Under the pieces are notes generated by a model, which worked only from the letters and a program-made list of their open reading frames with translations, was not told the origin of the DNA and searched no databases. Positions 1 through 13,578 of a stretch of 64,000 nucleotides of DNA are shown here, piece by piece. The stretch spans positions 91,264,001 through 91,328,000 of the forward strand of contig NC_042998.1 of assembly GCF_006345805.1 (NCBI RefSeq). The letters are read 5' to 3'. Both the position numbers and the translations under genes were made by a program. The stretch is from Octopus sinensis. Its lineage: Eukaryota. How positions within the stretch are numbered: the stretch's first letter is position 1; every line of letters starts with the position of its first letter.

Positions 1-821
1 TCTGTAAATTATAAAAGTATAAAATTAATGGTGTCAGAACTAAATAGAAATGTTTTTAAAATGTCGTAAAATATAATAAACTTCTATACTAAACTAGAAG
101 AAGTTTAGGCAATCTTTCGTTTCTAAGTTTAGTATAGAACAAGCTTTCCCTTGTTAATTATATATATTTTTCACCAGAAGAAAAAAAAGCCTGAAAACAT
201 TTATTTTATCTCGTGTAAAATTTAGCTTTTATTATACTAAGTGCGACCCATTTACCTAAATATCTGAGTTCAGGTGAAGTTTTTGAACTATGTTTTTACA
301 GTGTTGTGTCTGAATGCTTTAAAAGTGCCCATTGAATATTTTCTACAACATATCGTACGAAATAGTTGTAATTCATTATATCATAGTATGTTATTGTTTC
401 TGTAATTTTTGACATTAATATGTCATCAACAAAGGTGCAATTGTATAATAGTAACTTAATACAAAGGACAAAATTATAAACAATACTTTATTGTTGATTG
501 TTCCGTGAAAAGTTGTGTCTAAATCTTATGATAGCTTGTCAGATAAAATTCAGTTGTGTTCAGGGGGTGAAATTAGAAATATTTCTGTTTGTCAAATAGT
601 ATTTCAGCACCTATGTACATCAGTAGGGAGTGGGTGGGTGTGAAAAAAAAGAAAAAAGAAACTTTTGGTTTACTTTTCTTGAATACCTTTTTATACATAC
701 ATACTTGCATAGTTTTTACAAGAGGGTTACATGTTACCCTTCTTTATAAAAGTATACGTACTCTACAAAAAGCATCGAGTAATTCAGTTTAATGTTAAAA
801 CTGTTTTATTCGTCACACACA

Positions 822-874
<53 letters not shown>

Positions 875-3800
875 TCACTCACACACACATAGACGTTTTT
901 TTATATATAAATAATCGGCAGAAGTTAGTGACTAAAATGCCGGGATTGTGTTGTGCCAACGCATGAAACGCACGGTCCTTGAGTTGTTTAACTTTTGCTG
1001 ATTAGTAATAAAAAAAAATGTATATATGCTCATATTGTTTCGAGTTCTACTTTTCTGTTTGCTTCACCAAACACACACATATATGCTTTTTTTTTTGTCG
1101 ACTTAGATATAAAACTATTTGACATTTTATAAATATACATACAATGTTATAATCCATTTGTAATTACCTCAACGTTGCAAAAGATGAAGTAGAATAAGTT
1201 TCAAACTTGTTTGATAAAATAAAATTGATCTGGAGTTAAATACTTTTGAGGTGGATTTAATTCTATTAATTATAATTGAGATCGATTTGATCATAATTCT
1301 ACAATGTTTTGCGAATTAAAACTTCAATTTGGCAAGAAATATAAGATGCTTTCTAAGTAAACGTATTACCTTAACTCCTACCAAAGTTAATATAAATTTC
1401 GAAACATTAAATAATTACTAATCACTATAAAATATCAATGAAATGAAATATTCTTTTACTTTATTTTTCAAAATATTGATTCGAACAAATATTTTAAATT
1501 TATATCGAAGTCATTACAAAATATTTTTTATAGAATCAATTACATATATTTTTGTAACGATCATCAAATATTTAAACAAAATGACATCCTTAGTATCAGA
1601 TCTTGTTAGATCTTGCTTATTTAATATTGATATCAAATATGTCAAATGAACTGAACTGCGAAAGTAGCAAGGTGGCTCTAAAAGTATGAAGATAATTTAA
1701 GTCCCATTCAGCAGTCGCATGATACTACAATAACAGCTGATAAATATAGTTAGTTGTCTTGAACAGCTGACTTACGTAGAATACGGCTATTTAGAAGTTT
1801 TGTTTTGTTTTTTATCGTGGATCATTGATTTATTACATATTTTGGAGGACCACTTGAGATAAAATCAATAAAATTATCTAAAAAATAAAACATACTATGA
1901 AACCCTAATCTTTTAATATTACAGTAATTTGTGACAGACGTTTATTTTCCCTGTAGACCAGAGACATCCAGTTGAGAACTTCTGATTCACAGGAAATAAA
2001 AAGACGAATTTAAGATGGATAGGCTGTTTGTTAAATTGTCATTTTGAAAAGTAAAAACGTAGAGCAGTGGCTTAAAAACAGCTCTCATACAGTAAAATGT
2101 ATGAGAGAGAATACTGAAGAAGGACAGAAAATATAAAACGCCAAATATATGAGGAAGAGAAAATATTGGTTGGTAGGAGATGAGGAAAGAACAAATAACC
2201 ACAGATGGAAACTAAAGGGGGTCAGGTTCACACAGTAAGAGAAAACAAGATGGAGAGATAGATAAATTTATAGACGTCACCTGGGCAAGAAGCTGTACTG
2301 AAGGAGAGCGATTGACATCAACTTGATACTGAGAATGGCAGCAATGAAGTGAATATGAAACATAAAGTAGCGTCTGCAACATAACTTAACCATTAGATTT
2401 GATTTATTCAATCTAGTTTTGAAGAAAAAAAAACCAGGCTGATGGATGTTGGAGAAACTATTGAAAAAATAGAGGGGAGAAAATGTGGGAAAAGTTTACC
2501 TTTGATGACAGATAACTAGTCGTCTGTTATCACCGCGTCTACTAAAGAATGATGAGACTGTCTTTACTCTCACCACACTACCACTTTCCAGTTTTAAATT
2601 AGAATTTCGAATTTTTAATATTTTTTTCTTTTTGAATTTGAGTTGAGTAGACTATTTCACTGATGAAATCTTATGAATAAATCCAAAATGTGTCACCGTA
2701 CAACCAGACATCATTCCTCCACTGCAATTTATTTTTGATTTATTAAAAATTTCAAGGTTATCTCCCCTATCTTTCTTGACCAGAATTACGCATTAACACG
2801 ATTTTATTTTTCTTCCCTTATCACCACTTTCCCCATTCATTGTTTTACATTATCACACCATTCAGTGTTCATTCTCAAAAATACTAAATTTTCTCTAGTC
2901 ATTCAAAAATCTGACAGTAACCGTTAATCTGTGATTTGCTGATGAGTCCAAATAAGACTGAAACATATTTAGAGTTGTCACTCTACTGCTAAAGATGAGA
3001 AATATCCCTCACTATGTTTTATTCTTATTAGTTTAAATTCTGGGATTGTTTTTTCCTGCCTTTATTCACCAAATTAATAGTTAAGACAATGATTATTGTC
3101 TCATCACTAGGTCTATTGAATTATAATTTCTTGGCTCACTATGAAACGTTGAATCTCTGTCATGCAACAATGAGGATTCTGTTTGATCATCTGCTTTACT
3201 TGTACCTGAATAACCATGTTAGTGGCTGAGTATTCCACAGATGTGTACCATTAATGCAATTCTCAGGCAGAATGAGATGACACAGTGTGAGACAAAAATA
3301 TAGCTTTTAAAATATAAGTACAATCCACTTGACAGATTTCTGTATAGTATCCATCTACTCAGTTTCAATAACAAGGTATAGGTCAACCCAAAGCTATAGA
3401 AACACTGTGGAGATGTATGGCTTAGTGGTTAGGGTTTAGACTTGTGATCATTGTGGTCTCAATTCTTTGACTGGGTGATGTGTACTGTGTCCTTGAGTGA
3501 AACACTTAATTTCTCATTGTTCTAATCCATTCAGCTGGCAAAAATGAGAAATCTTGTGGCATCCTGTCCAGTGTGGGGAGATATGCCATGGAAATCGGCC
3601 CTATGAGTCTGTATGACTTGGGAAGTATCTTTATCTTATTATCTTATAAAACAGGCACAAACAAACTGCAGCCTGTGGGATTTTCTGAATGGCAAGCCTA
3701 ACAAAAAAATTACTTTGAATTTTTTTTTAGTAGTGATGATGGGTTATGTCTCATGTGGCCCACTTCTCAAAAAAGGTTGCTCATGCCTGCTATAGAAAAT

Positions 3801-5756
3801 GACAATGCTCAAAAGGCTATGCAGTGATATTGAACCTGAGACCTCCTGGTTGTGAAGTAAACTTCTTAACCATTCAGCCTTGTTGTGCCTTTGGGTTCAC
3901 TATGTTAAATTAGTAAACAGAATTAGTATGGAAATTTTATTGAAACTTTGCCATCATCATCGTTTTAATGTCCTCTTTTCTTTGCTTGTGGGTTAGACAG
4001 AGTTTGTTGTGGCAGATTTTCTACAACTAGGTACCCATCTTGTTATCATTCCTCATGTAATTTTTTCAAAACATGTTTTCAGAAAAGAGTGGAAGTAACT
4101 AACATCACTACTTGTATGAAGGTGACATTTATTTATAACTACTACACAATATCAAATCAAGCGCGCATGCACACACACACACATGCAAACAAAGGCTTCT
4201 TTCCATTTCCATCTACCAAATCCATTCACAAGGCTTTAGTTGATCTGGTAGAAGACACTTGTCCAAGGTACCACTGAATGGGACTGAACCTGAAGCCATG
4301 TAGTTGGCAAGGGAACTTAACTACACAAGCCTGTCTGCATCAAATCACTTCACAAAGTTTGAACTGATTTACAAACTTCTCTTGCATTATGTAAAAACAG
4401 TGATAGATTGACAAAATCTTTGAAGTAACAAACAAAATTCTTTGGTTCTTTAAGTCCTGTGATCAAATCTTTCCAAGGTCAACTTTACCTTTCGTCTTTT
4501 CAGGGTTTGATGGTATCAACTAATACCCTGCTCCTCTGAATTTCAGGCCTTATGATTTATGATAGAAATTATTCTATAAAAGCATTTCAGGCATAGCTCC
4601 ATAATTAAGAAGTTTGCTTTATAACCACGTGGTTTGGGGTTCCATATCTGCAACTATAGCCTCAGGCCGATCAATGCTTTATAAGTGAATTTGGTTAATG
4701 GAAACTGCATGGAAGCCTTTCATATAAATATATATATAAATTTATTTATATGTATGTATGTATGTATGTATGTATACAAAATTAAGAGGAATTACCTTCT
4801 AAAGTGGACACCTAATATGCTAATTAACTGCAGAGTTATTTTAAATATATATATACACACAAACACACACACATATATATATATATGTATGTATGTTTGT
4901 ATATATATATATATGTATGTATGTATGTTTGTATATATATATATCATCATCACCACCATCATGATTTAATGTCAGTTGTCCATGCTGGAATGGGTTGGAT
5001 GGTTTGACCAAAGTTGACAAGCTGGGAAGCTGCACTAGACTCCAGTCTGATTTGGCATGGTTTATTCAGCTGGATGTCCTTCCTTATGCCAACCACTTTA
5101 CAGAATGTGCTGATGCTTTTACATGACACCAACTTTTACATGGCACCACAAGGACACTTTTACATGGCACTGCACGGGTGCTTTTGCATGGCACTGCTTT
5201 TACGTAGCATTGCACAAGTGCTTTTATGAGGCACTGCATGAGTACTTTTACACGGCACCACATGAGTGTTTTTATATGTATGTAAACACACGCACACATA
5301 CATGTGTTTGGGTTTGTCCCTCCACAACCTGACAACCAGTATTGGTTTGCTTACATTCCTATAACTTAGTGCTTTAGGAAAAGAAACCAATAAAGTACAT
5401 ACTTGGCTTAAAAAAAAGTATTTGATTTGTTTGATTAATCCTACAAAGCAGTGCTCCAGCATGGCCACAGTCCAGTGACTGAAACAAGAAAAAGAGTTGA
5501 GTTGTGACAGCATAAATGACTTCTAATTTCTATCTTGTTGACTGAGTAATGAATAATGTGTATATGTTATTTGAATATATAATTCTGAATATGAATGACA
5601 TGACTAAGGTAATACGTTGAAGTTTGTCTAACATATAACATCATATTGTTACTTCTAAAATATTTTATTCAATTCAATAAAATTTATTTTTACTGTATTT
5701 CAGTGTTTATCATTTTAAAATCATTTTCCCTTTGTTATATTTCAGGCCACTACAAA

Positions 5757-5838
5757 ATGGCTCATTATTCTGCCTCCTTGAATTCTGAAGCTCGCAGCAA
5801 ATCCAGCTCTAAGAGTAGTGACGATGTTTTCTATGAAA
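5757..5838 (+). CDS. SESTD1: SESTD1-like gene, coding exon 1 (ATG; exon starts at 5746)
   Basis: Acceptor ttcag at 5741-5745, ATG at 5757, MAHYSASLNSEARSKSSSKSSDDVFYE, donor gtaatt at 5839. Phase 1 matches exon 2. This N-terminal part has no homology I recognise, so the start codon is less certain. Confidence 0.65.
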
Positions 5839-7241
5839 GTAATTTCAAAACTGTTTCTTTTTTACGTATTCTGAATATGAATCTAGCAAATCATAAATAT
5901 AGTTCAATGTTTTCAGTTTTTAATTATTTGAAGCTTATGTATATTAACCAATATTTCTCTTTTAATGTATGTAAACATGCTGAATGTTTTTTTATTATTA
6001 TTATGTAATTAGAATTATGAAACCCTTGATGTTGTCATCATCATTTTATGTCTGCTTTTCATGCTGGCCATGTGCTGGACAGAGTGTCCCTGTCCAGGAC
6101 AATTCTTATTAGGAACAACTGCTCTTTGTAAGTTGCAGAATTGTTTGCTTTGTTTTTGGTTTCATTTCTATGGTTGGATGCCTTCCCTTTCTTCAACTAT
6201 TTTACCACATGTAAGGGGTGTATTTTATCTCAGTGTTAACTCTAGACAAGTTATCATGTCTTCAACTAGACAAAACTAAGGAAATCTTTCAATTCTATGC
6301 TTCTTCCTCTTGTTCACCAACCCTTTTGTACATAGTACTGGGTTCATTTTATCATAGCACTAACACAAGAGGGTTTACCTTTTATGCTGTAAGAACGAAG
6401 TGTACTCACTACTCTAAAAAATTGTACATTCACTCAAATCGGTATGGTAAAAGAAGTGATTAAAAATAGAGTAGGCGATGACAGAAGGGCCAGGATGGGT
6501 GTATGAAGGGAACAACAGCATAATGGTAGAAATAGAGTGATAGGAGGGAGAGAGAGTGATGACTGTCACTAGAGATTGGGTAACACCCTAGTATTTATTT
6601 CTGTGCATATTTTATGCTAGTTAAATGACTTATTAATATATTTTCTCATACAGAAGGCATCTGCATAATTGTGTGATTACAAAATTGACATCATTACAAC
6701 CATATGATTTCAGGTTTCATCCCATTATGTGGCACCTTGTTTGTGTGACAAGTGTCTACTACTAGTTAATACCGCTGACTGGTCAATGCTGTACAAATGA
6801 AATCTAATTGATGAAAACTGCACAGAAGTCCATTGTGTGTGTGTGTGTGTGTGTGTGTGAGTGCTTGTTTCTGCATGTCTTTACATAGATATCATTTAGT
6901 CAGCGGTGTATTTGTTTACATATCCCATAACCAATACATTCCACAGCTTGGCAATTTCATATAAAGATCATTATAATAATATAGTCTTTAAATGGAAAAC
7001 AAGTAAGGTTTGATAACAAGAAAGGTATCCAACCACAGAAAACCGCCTCAACAAGTCTCATTCAACCCATGCCAGCAAGGATGAATTTGACATAAAAGCA
7101 TTGATGAAAATCATTATCATAGTGCAAAAACTAAAAATATTCTCAAGTACATGGTTTTGTGTTATAGATATAATTAAACAATATTGATTTGTTATCTTTG
7201 ATATAAAGAAATCTCATTTTTTTTTTTTTTGCTTTATTTAG

Positions 7242-7304
7242 GTAAGAGACTGGAAGCTGCCCACATAGTTGACCTTCTGCTGAAAGAAATAGTCCATTTA
7301 ACAG
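7242..7304 (+). CDS. SESTD1: SESTD1-like coding exon 2
   Basis: Poly-T tract + AG, (S)KRLEAAHIVDLLLKEIVHLT(G), donor gtaaat, phase 1-1. Aligns by eye with the vertebrate SESTD1 N-terminus (MEASVILPILKKKLAFLSGG, recalled). Confidence 0.88.
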
Positions 7305-7771
7305 GTAAATTAACCTTGTATTTTTAGTGAATATTGGATAGGTTCCCAGTTTTATTTTGCATATTTGTAAATATTGTGAAATAGTGAGCTGCCAGAATTG
7401 CTAACACATTGTACAAAATGCCTAGCAGCATTTTATCTGTCTTTATGTTCTGTCTTCATGTTCCACTAAGATCAACTTTACCTTGCATCCTTTTGGGAGT
7501 CAATGAAATGAATACCAGTTGGACACTGGGGTTGATGTAATCAACTAGTCCCTCCCAACAAAATTTCAGGCCTTGTACCTATAGTAGAAAGGATATTTGT
7601 AAATACTGTGAGCAGGAGTGGCTGTGTGGCAAGAAGCTTGCTTCCCAACCACATGGTACTGGGTTCAGTCCCACTGTGTGGCACCTTGAGTAAGTGTCTT
7701 CTACTATAGCCTTGGGACAACCAAAGCCTTGTGAGTGGATTTGGTAGATGGCAACTGAAAGAAGCCTGTCG

Positions 7772-7845
<74 letters not shown>

Positions 7846-9088
7846 ATGTATATATGTATTTGTTATTTGTGTCTGTGTTTGTCCCTCTACCATCACATTA
7901 GAACTGCCACTTAGCAGTTTGGCAAAAAGAGACTGATAGAATAAGTACTAGGCTTATAAAGAATAAGTCCTGGGGGTCGATTTGTTCAACTAAAAGCAGT
8001 GCTCCAGCATGGCTGCAGTCAAATGATTGAAACAAGTATAAGAATAAAAGAATATGTATATAGGTGCAGCTGTGACTATGTGGTAAGACACTTGATTCCC
8101 AACCACATAGTTCCAGTTCAGTCTCTCTGCCTGGCACCTTGTGCAAGTGTCTTCTGCTGTAGCCTTGAGCTGACCAAAGCCATGTGAGTGGATTTGGTAG
8201 ATGGAAATTGAAAGAAGCCCATTGTGTGTATGTGTGTGTTTGTATCTGTCCCACACCATCACTTGACAGCTAGTGTTCATGTGTTTATGTCCTCATAACT
8301 AAGCAGCTTGGCAAAAGAGACTGATAGAATAAGTACCTGGCTTGAAAAAGGAAAATAATAGGGATGATTCATTTGACTAAAAACAGTCCTTCAAGGTGGT
8401 GCCCCAGCATGGCTACAGTCTAATAACTGAAACAAACAAACGATAAAAGAAAAAGATATATGCATATAAATAATGACTTCGTATAAAGTCATAAAGCTTA
8501 GGAGATGCTGTAGGAGAAGATATAATGGAAAGTGAGGATAGCTATGTCTTTCTGAAAAATACTAACTCCATTAATGAAAGAATAACTTCAAGTCAGAGTT
8601 GGGTAGCAGGCTTGATTCATTTCCTAGCATATGTATTATCATCATAATTTATTTAACATTCTTTTTCTATGTTGCAAAGAATTGGGTTTTTCTGCTGTAT
8701 AGCATATTTTTATGTGTTACATGTTACGTGTACTCTTCAAATTATGGTAGTACAGAATAGAAAGATTATTAGTTTTGTCCTCTGTGCATTACATCTTAAC
8801 ATTGTAACATTTAATATAGTTTGAATGTAGTGAATGGTTAGAAGAGATAACATTTGGAGATATTTGGTGAATTAGTGTAGAGGGTTTACAAACAAAAAGA
8901 GAGAGGAAAAGTAAAAAATCAAATTTTTTTAATAATTTAGAAATATAGCATCATTAAATGTTTTTTGTTTTCATTTTTGTTTCATAATTTCAAACTATAG
9001 TGTTATGAGAAAAAAATAATAATGATGTCAGATTTTGAAATTAAATAAGAACCTTTAGTACAGTTTCAACTTTTTTAACTATTTCAGT

Positions 9089-9116
9089 ACACACACACAC
9101 ACGCACACGCACGCAT

Positions 9117-9158
<42 letters not shown>

Positions 9159-9171
9159 ACACACACACACT

Positions 9172-9202
<31 letters not shown>

Positions 9203-9204
9203 AT

Positions 9205-9245
<41 letters not shown>
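9089..9245. repeat. Long imperfect (CA)n microsatellite
   Basis: About 157 bp of CA repeats. Other simple repeats: (AT)n 825-873, (CT)n 21406-21481, complex TA/GATA 50382-50765, (TA)n(GA)n 61196-61268. Confidence 0.95.
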
Positions 9246-9249
<4 letters not shown>

Positions 9250-10630
9250 CGTTAAGTGGCTATAGAGTTACATAAGTTATTTAAGGGCTGAATGTTGTAG
9301 CCCTTCAGTAGATTTATTACCTATAAGAGAACTCTTCTTCATTCTAACTCATCTTTTCTCCTGTATGCAATAAGCTACAGGCAAATACCAAAAGTATTCT
9401 AATTGAAATAAGCAAAACAGAAGTTAAAAAACAAGGCAGACAAGTCACATGATGAGGTACGTCTGCACTGAATGATACACCACAGTTACTTCTACAGAAT
9501 CTCATCTGTAAAGGACTAATGCATGATAGGTCAAAATGATCATAGTGATTATTAAAGAATTTCATGAATTCCATTTTCTTTCTCTTCCTCTCATATTTTA
9601 TATTTATATATAAATGTACTATTTAATACTGGTTTTCCATGCTAGCATGGGTTGGATGGTTTTTGACAGGAGCTGGTAAGTCAGTAGACTGCAGCAAGCT
9701 CGATTGTCTGCCCTTGGCATGTTTCTACTGCTGGATGTCCTTCCTATGCCAACCACTTTACTGGGTGTACTGAGTGCTTTTTACTGAGTTGCAATGCAAT
9801 AAAATTTCTTAATGAAATGATTATAGCAATGCCATATAATTCATTTGTTTGTTTCTGTTGCAGTTAAGGGATTAGGGTATTCAGCTTATGATAGTGAGGT
9901 TATGAGTTTGGTTCCCAGCAGCATGTTGTATCCTTGAGAAAAATGCTTTATTTCATGTTGCTCCAGTCCACTCAGCTGGCAAAAAGGAGTAGTACCTGTA
10001 ATTCAAAGGGCCAGCCTTGTCACATTCTGTGTCATGCTGAATCTCCCTGAGAACTTCATTGTTTGTGTTGTGGAGTGCTCAGCCACTTGTACAAGCAAGC
10101 TGTTCCGTCAATTAACTGCAAACTTTGTTGTCATAAGTGACAACAAATTCGTTGACTGGCACCCGTGCTAGTGGAGCGCTAAGAGCACCATCCAAGAGTT
10201 ATCAATGCCAGAGCAGCTAATTGGCTTCTGTGACGGTGGCACATAAAAAGCACCATTCGAGCGTGATCGTTACCAGCGTCGTCTTACTGGTACTTGTGCC
10301 GGTGGTATGTGAAAAAAATCATTTGAACGAGGTCATTGCCAGTGCCGCTGGACTGGCTGCTGTGCAGGTGGCACATAAAAAACACCATTTGAGCTTGGCC
10401 GTTGCCAGTACCGCCTGACTAGCCCTCATGCCGGTTACACGTAAAAGCACCCACTACACTCTTGGAGTTGTTAGTGTTAGGAAGGGCATCCAGCTGTAGA
10501 AACTCTGCCAGATCAAGACTGGAGCCTGGTGCAGCCATCTGGTTCGCCAGTCCTCAGTCATATCGTCCAACCCATGCTAGCATGGAAAGTGGGTGTTAAA
10601 TGATGATGATGATGATGATATTTATATATC

Positions 10631-10662
<32 letters not shown>

Positions 10663-11079
10663 ATAATAATAATTATTTGAGGGAATATAAATCCAAACTT
10701 ACAGGGAAAAAAATTCAGTTTAAAAATACTAAATCAAATTTCACACAATATAATATATATATATAAAAAATTAGAAAAAAACCACCTTTTATCAATTCAA
10801 AATGAACAATTAAATTATACCATCTAGAAAATTACATATAATAGAAATATTAAAATTAAAATAACAATAAAATAGCAATGATTAAGTAAATTGCCCCAAA
10901 AATAAATAAAAACGTATATAATTAGTAAAATATCTGCCTCTTTATCAACCTAGCTATATACATGCACACAAATACACACACACACAAGAAAAAACCTATT
11001 AAAGCTATATTTTTTAATTTGAATACACACATACACACTGCATTTAACTTTGACCTTCGACATTGTTTTATGTGACCAG

Positions 11080-11194
11080 GTGGAAGAGACAAAGAAGGGG
11101 GTCCAATTTTGACTTTCCCAATGCACAGGGAGCCTGTGAATTTCAGCCAAAAGGACATACATGATTGTATTGAGTATTTGTCACAAATTCCAAG
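11080..11194 (+). CDS. SESTD1: SESTD1-like coding exon 3 (SEC14 domain start)
   Basis: ccag / GGRDKEGGPILTFPMHREPVNFSQKDIHDCIEYLSQIP / gtaatg. GGRD..GGPILTFP is the hallmark motif of SESTD1/Trio/Kalirin SEC14 domains. Phase 1-2. Confidence 0.95.
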
Positions 11195-11329
11195 GTAATG
11201 GTTTTGTTTACATTTTATTGTTTTTTTTTTTTGTTCATTCTGTATCTTTCAGACTGTTACATTAAGTTTCTCATAAACACATACTAAGAAATATTAATTA
11301 TCAATTCTTCTTTAAAATTTGTTTAGATA

Positions 11330-11863
11330 GGCGTAGGAGTGGCTGTGTGGTAAGTAGCTTGCTTACAAACCACATGGTTCCAGGTTCAGTCCCACTGCAT
11401 GGCACCTTGGGCAAGTGTTTCTACTATAACCTCAGGCCAACCAAAGCCTTGTGAGTGGATTTGGTAGACGGAAACTAAAAGAAGCCTGTCGTATATATGT
11501 ATATCATCGTCGTTTAACGTCTGCTTTCCATGCTAGCATGGGTTGGTCGATTTGACTGAGGGCTGGTGAACCAGATGGCTGCACCAGGCTTCAATCTTGA
11601 TCTGGCAGAGTTTCTACAGCTGGATGCCCATATATGTATGTGTGTGTATATGTTTGTGTGTCTGTGTTTGTCCCCCCAACATTGCATGACAACCGATGCT
11701 GGTGTGTTTATGTCCCTGTAACTTAGTGGTTCGGCAAAAGATACTGATAGAATAAGTACTAGGCTTACAAAGAATAAGTCCTGGGGTCAATTTGCTTGAC
11801 TAAATGCGGTGCTCCAGCATGGCCACAGTCAAATGACTGAAACAAGAAAAAGAGTAAAAGAGA
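11330..11863 (+). mobile_element. tRNA-derived SINE family A (CORE-SINE/OR-like); representative copy with an RTE-tail fragment inserted
   Basis: A box TGGCTGTGTGG, B box GGTTCAGTCCC, CTTGGGCAAGTG core, central microsatellite and (GAGTAAAA)n tail. Other copies: 7613-8054 (+), 8063-8455 (+), 20080-20460 (-), 32183-32580 (-), 40587-41001 (+), 45818-46214 (+) and many partials. The family name is inference. Confidence 0.88.
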
Positions 11864-12957
11864 ATATATGAAGGGAGGATTTTGAGAAAACTTAAAATAT
11901 TTCCTGAAACTGATCATAGTGAATAAGCATTGCTGAATATATTGGTTATTTTAACATTTGTACATATCAAGTTGCTTTTGAACACTTACATTAAGAACTA
12001 TTATTCATCATATTTGTCAAAGATGTGTTTAACACTGGAGGGAAAATTTTGAGAAAACTTAAGATGTTTTGTATAATTAGCCAGTGCTGCCTGACTGGTC
12101 GTTGCCAGTTCCGCCTGACTGGCTTCTGTGATACCAGTACCACCTGACTGGCACCCGTGCCAGTGGCACATAAAAAGCAACATTTGAATGTGGTCAATGC
12201 CAGTACTGCCTGATTGGCCCCTATGCTGGTGGCACGTAAAAAGCACCCACTACACTCTCAGAGTGGTTGGCATTCGGAAGGGCATCCAGCTGTAGAAACC
12301 TTGCCAGATCAGATTGGAGCCTGATGCAGCCTCCTGACTTGCCAGTCCTCAGTGAAACCATCCAACCCATGCCTGCATGGAAAGCGGACATTAAACGTTG
12401 ATGATGATGAATCAAAGAGAATAAACATTAATGAAAAATCTTAGTTATTTTCACATTTGTGCATTAGTTCTATTTTGCATTAATTGGGTTGAATTGTGCA
12501 GTAAATACTAATTTCTGCAAACATGGTATTCCTTGGTTGTGTGGTAAAGAAGTTTGTTTCATAATAATTCTCGGTTAGATCCCAATGCATGGCATCTTGG
12601 GCAAATGCCTTCTACCATGATATAGTGTTGACCAATCGGTTTTAAGTGGAAGTTGGTAGACAAACACTGTGCAGAAGCCCATTGTATATATGTGTGTTTG
12701 TGTGTGTGTGTACATGTGTGTGGTTAAGAAGTTCACTTCCCAGCCATGTGGTTTAGAGTTCAGTTCTACCGTATGGCACTTTGCGCAAATGTCTTGTACT
12801 ATAACTTTGGGCCAAGAAAAGCTTTGTGTGTGGATTTCATAGACTGAAACGGAAAGAAGCCTGTTGTATATTTGTATGTATGTATGTTTGTGTATGTTTG
12901 TGTGTGTGTGTGTGCATACGGACGGACGCATGCATGCATGCATACATGCATCAAACC

Positions 12958-13578
12958 TGGGCACCAAACTATTAATCCATTAATCGTTAATTAATGAAGT
13001 CAACTTTTTCATTAACGATTTAACTTTTGTTAACTTTGGAAATCATTACTGGACCAATTAACCTCCAATATATTCAACTTCCATTAACTCAAGTTAACTT
13101 CAATTGAAACTAATGGATTTTATAGTTTTGATACTTTATAAAAGTGTTTTTGGGTGGTTTTAGAGCAAAAACTGATTTTTTTGCTTTTTCCTATAATAAA
13201 AATTAACATTAATAGTTTATCAATAACTTATGTTACATTAGGAAATAATTAACTGATTAATGGAAACAATTAACTGATTAATGGTTATTAAAGTTAACTT
13301 TCTGGTTAACGGATTAATGGTTAACCCTTTCGTTACCAACCTGGCTGAAACCGGCTCTGGCTCTGAGTACAAATGTCTTGTTTTCATAAGTTTTGAATCA
13401 AAATCTTCCACCAAACCTTAGTCACAATTTATGTTCCTAACACTAGCTTAATGATAACTATGTCATTTTACTAAATTCTTTATTATATTTAAAGTAATTG
13501 AAAGAAACACAAAACGTCTCAAAATAAATACAGTAACGAAAGGGTTAATGAAGTTATCTTTTCGATTAATGGTGCCCA
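12958..13578. mobile_element. Non-autonomous DNA element with TGGGCACCA TIRs (hAT-like?), host of the piggyBac-like MITE
   Basis: TGGGCACCA at 12958-12966 and TGGTGCCCA at 13570-13578, with TTAA/ATTAA-rich internal repeats. Confidence 0.55.
13325..13544 (+). mobile_element. piggyBac-like MITE (220 bp)
   Basis: TTAA-CCCTTTCGTTAC...GTAACGAAAGGG-TTAA. Further copies at 21098-21317 (+), 26078-26300 (-), about 33285-33539 (-), 41590-42278 (-, interrupted) and about 47140-47353 (-). Confidence 0.88.

Noticed and set aside
905-1010. CpG-retaining stretch as promoter or 5'UTR exon with a 9-aa uORF
   Set aside because: Plausible, but no defined motif supports it without transcript data.
1934-1980. 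Possible hammerhead remnant on the minus strand
   Set aside because: It needs several edits in both core boxes.
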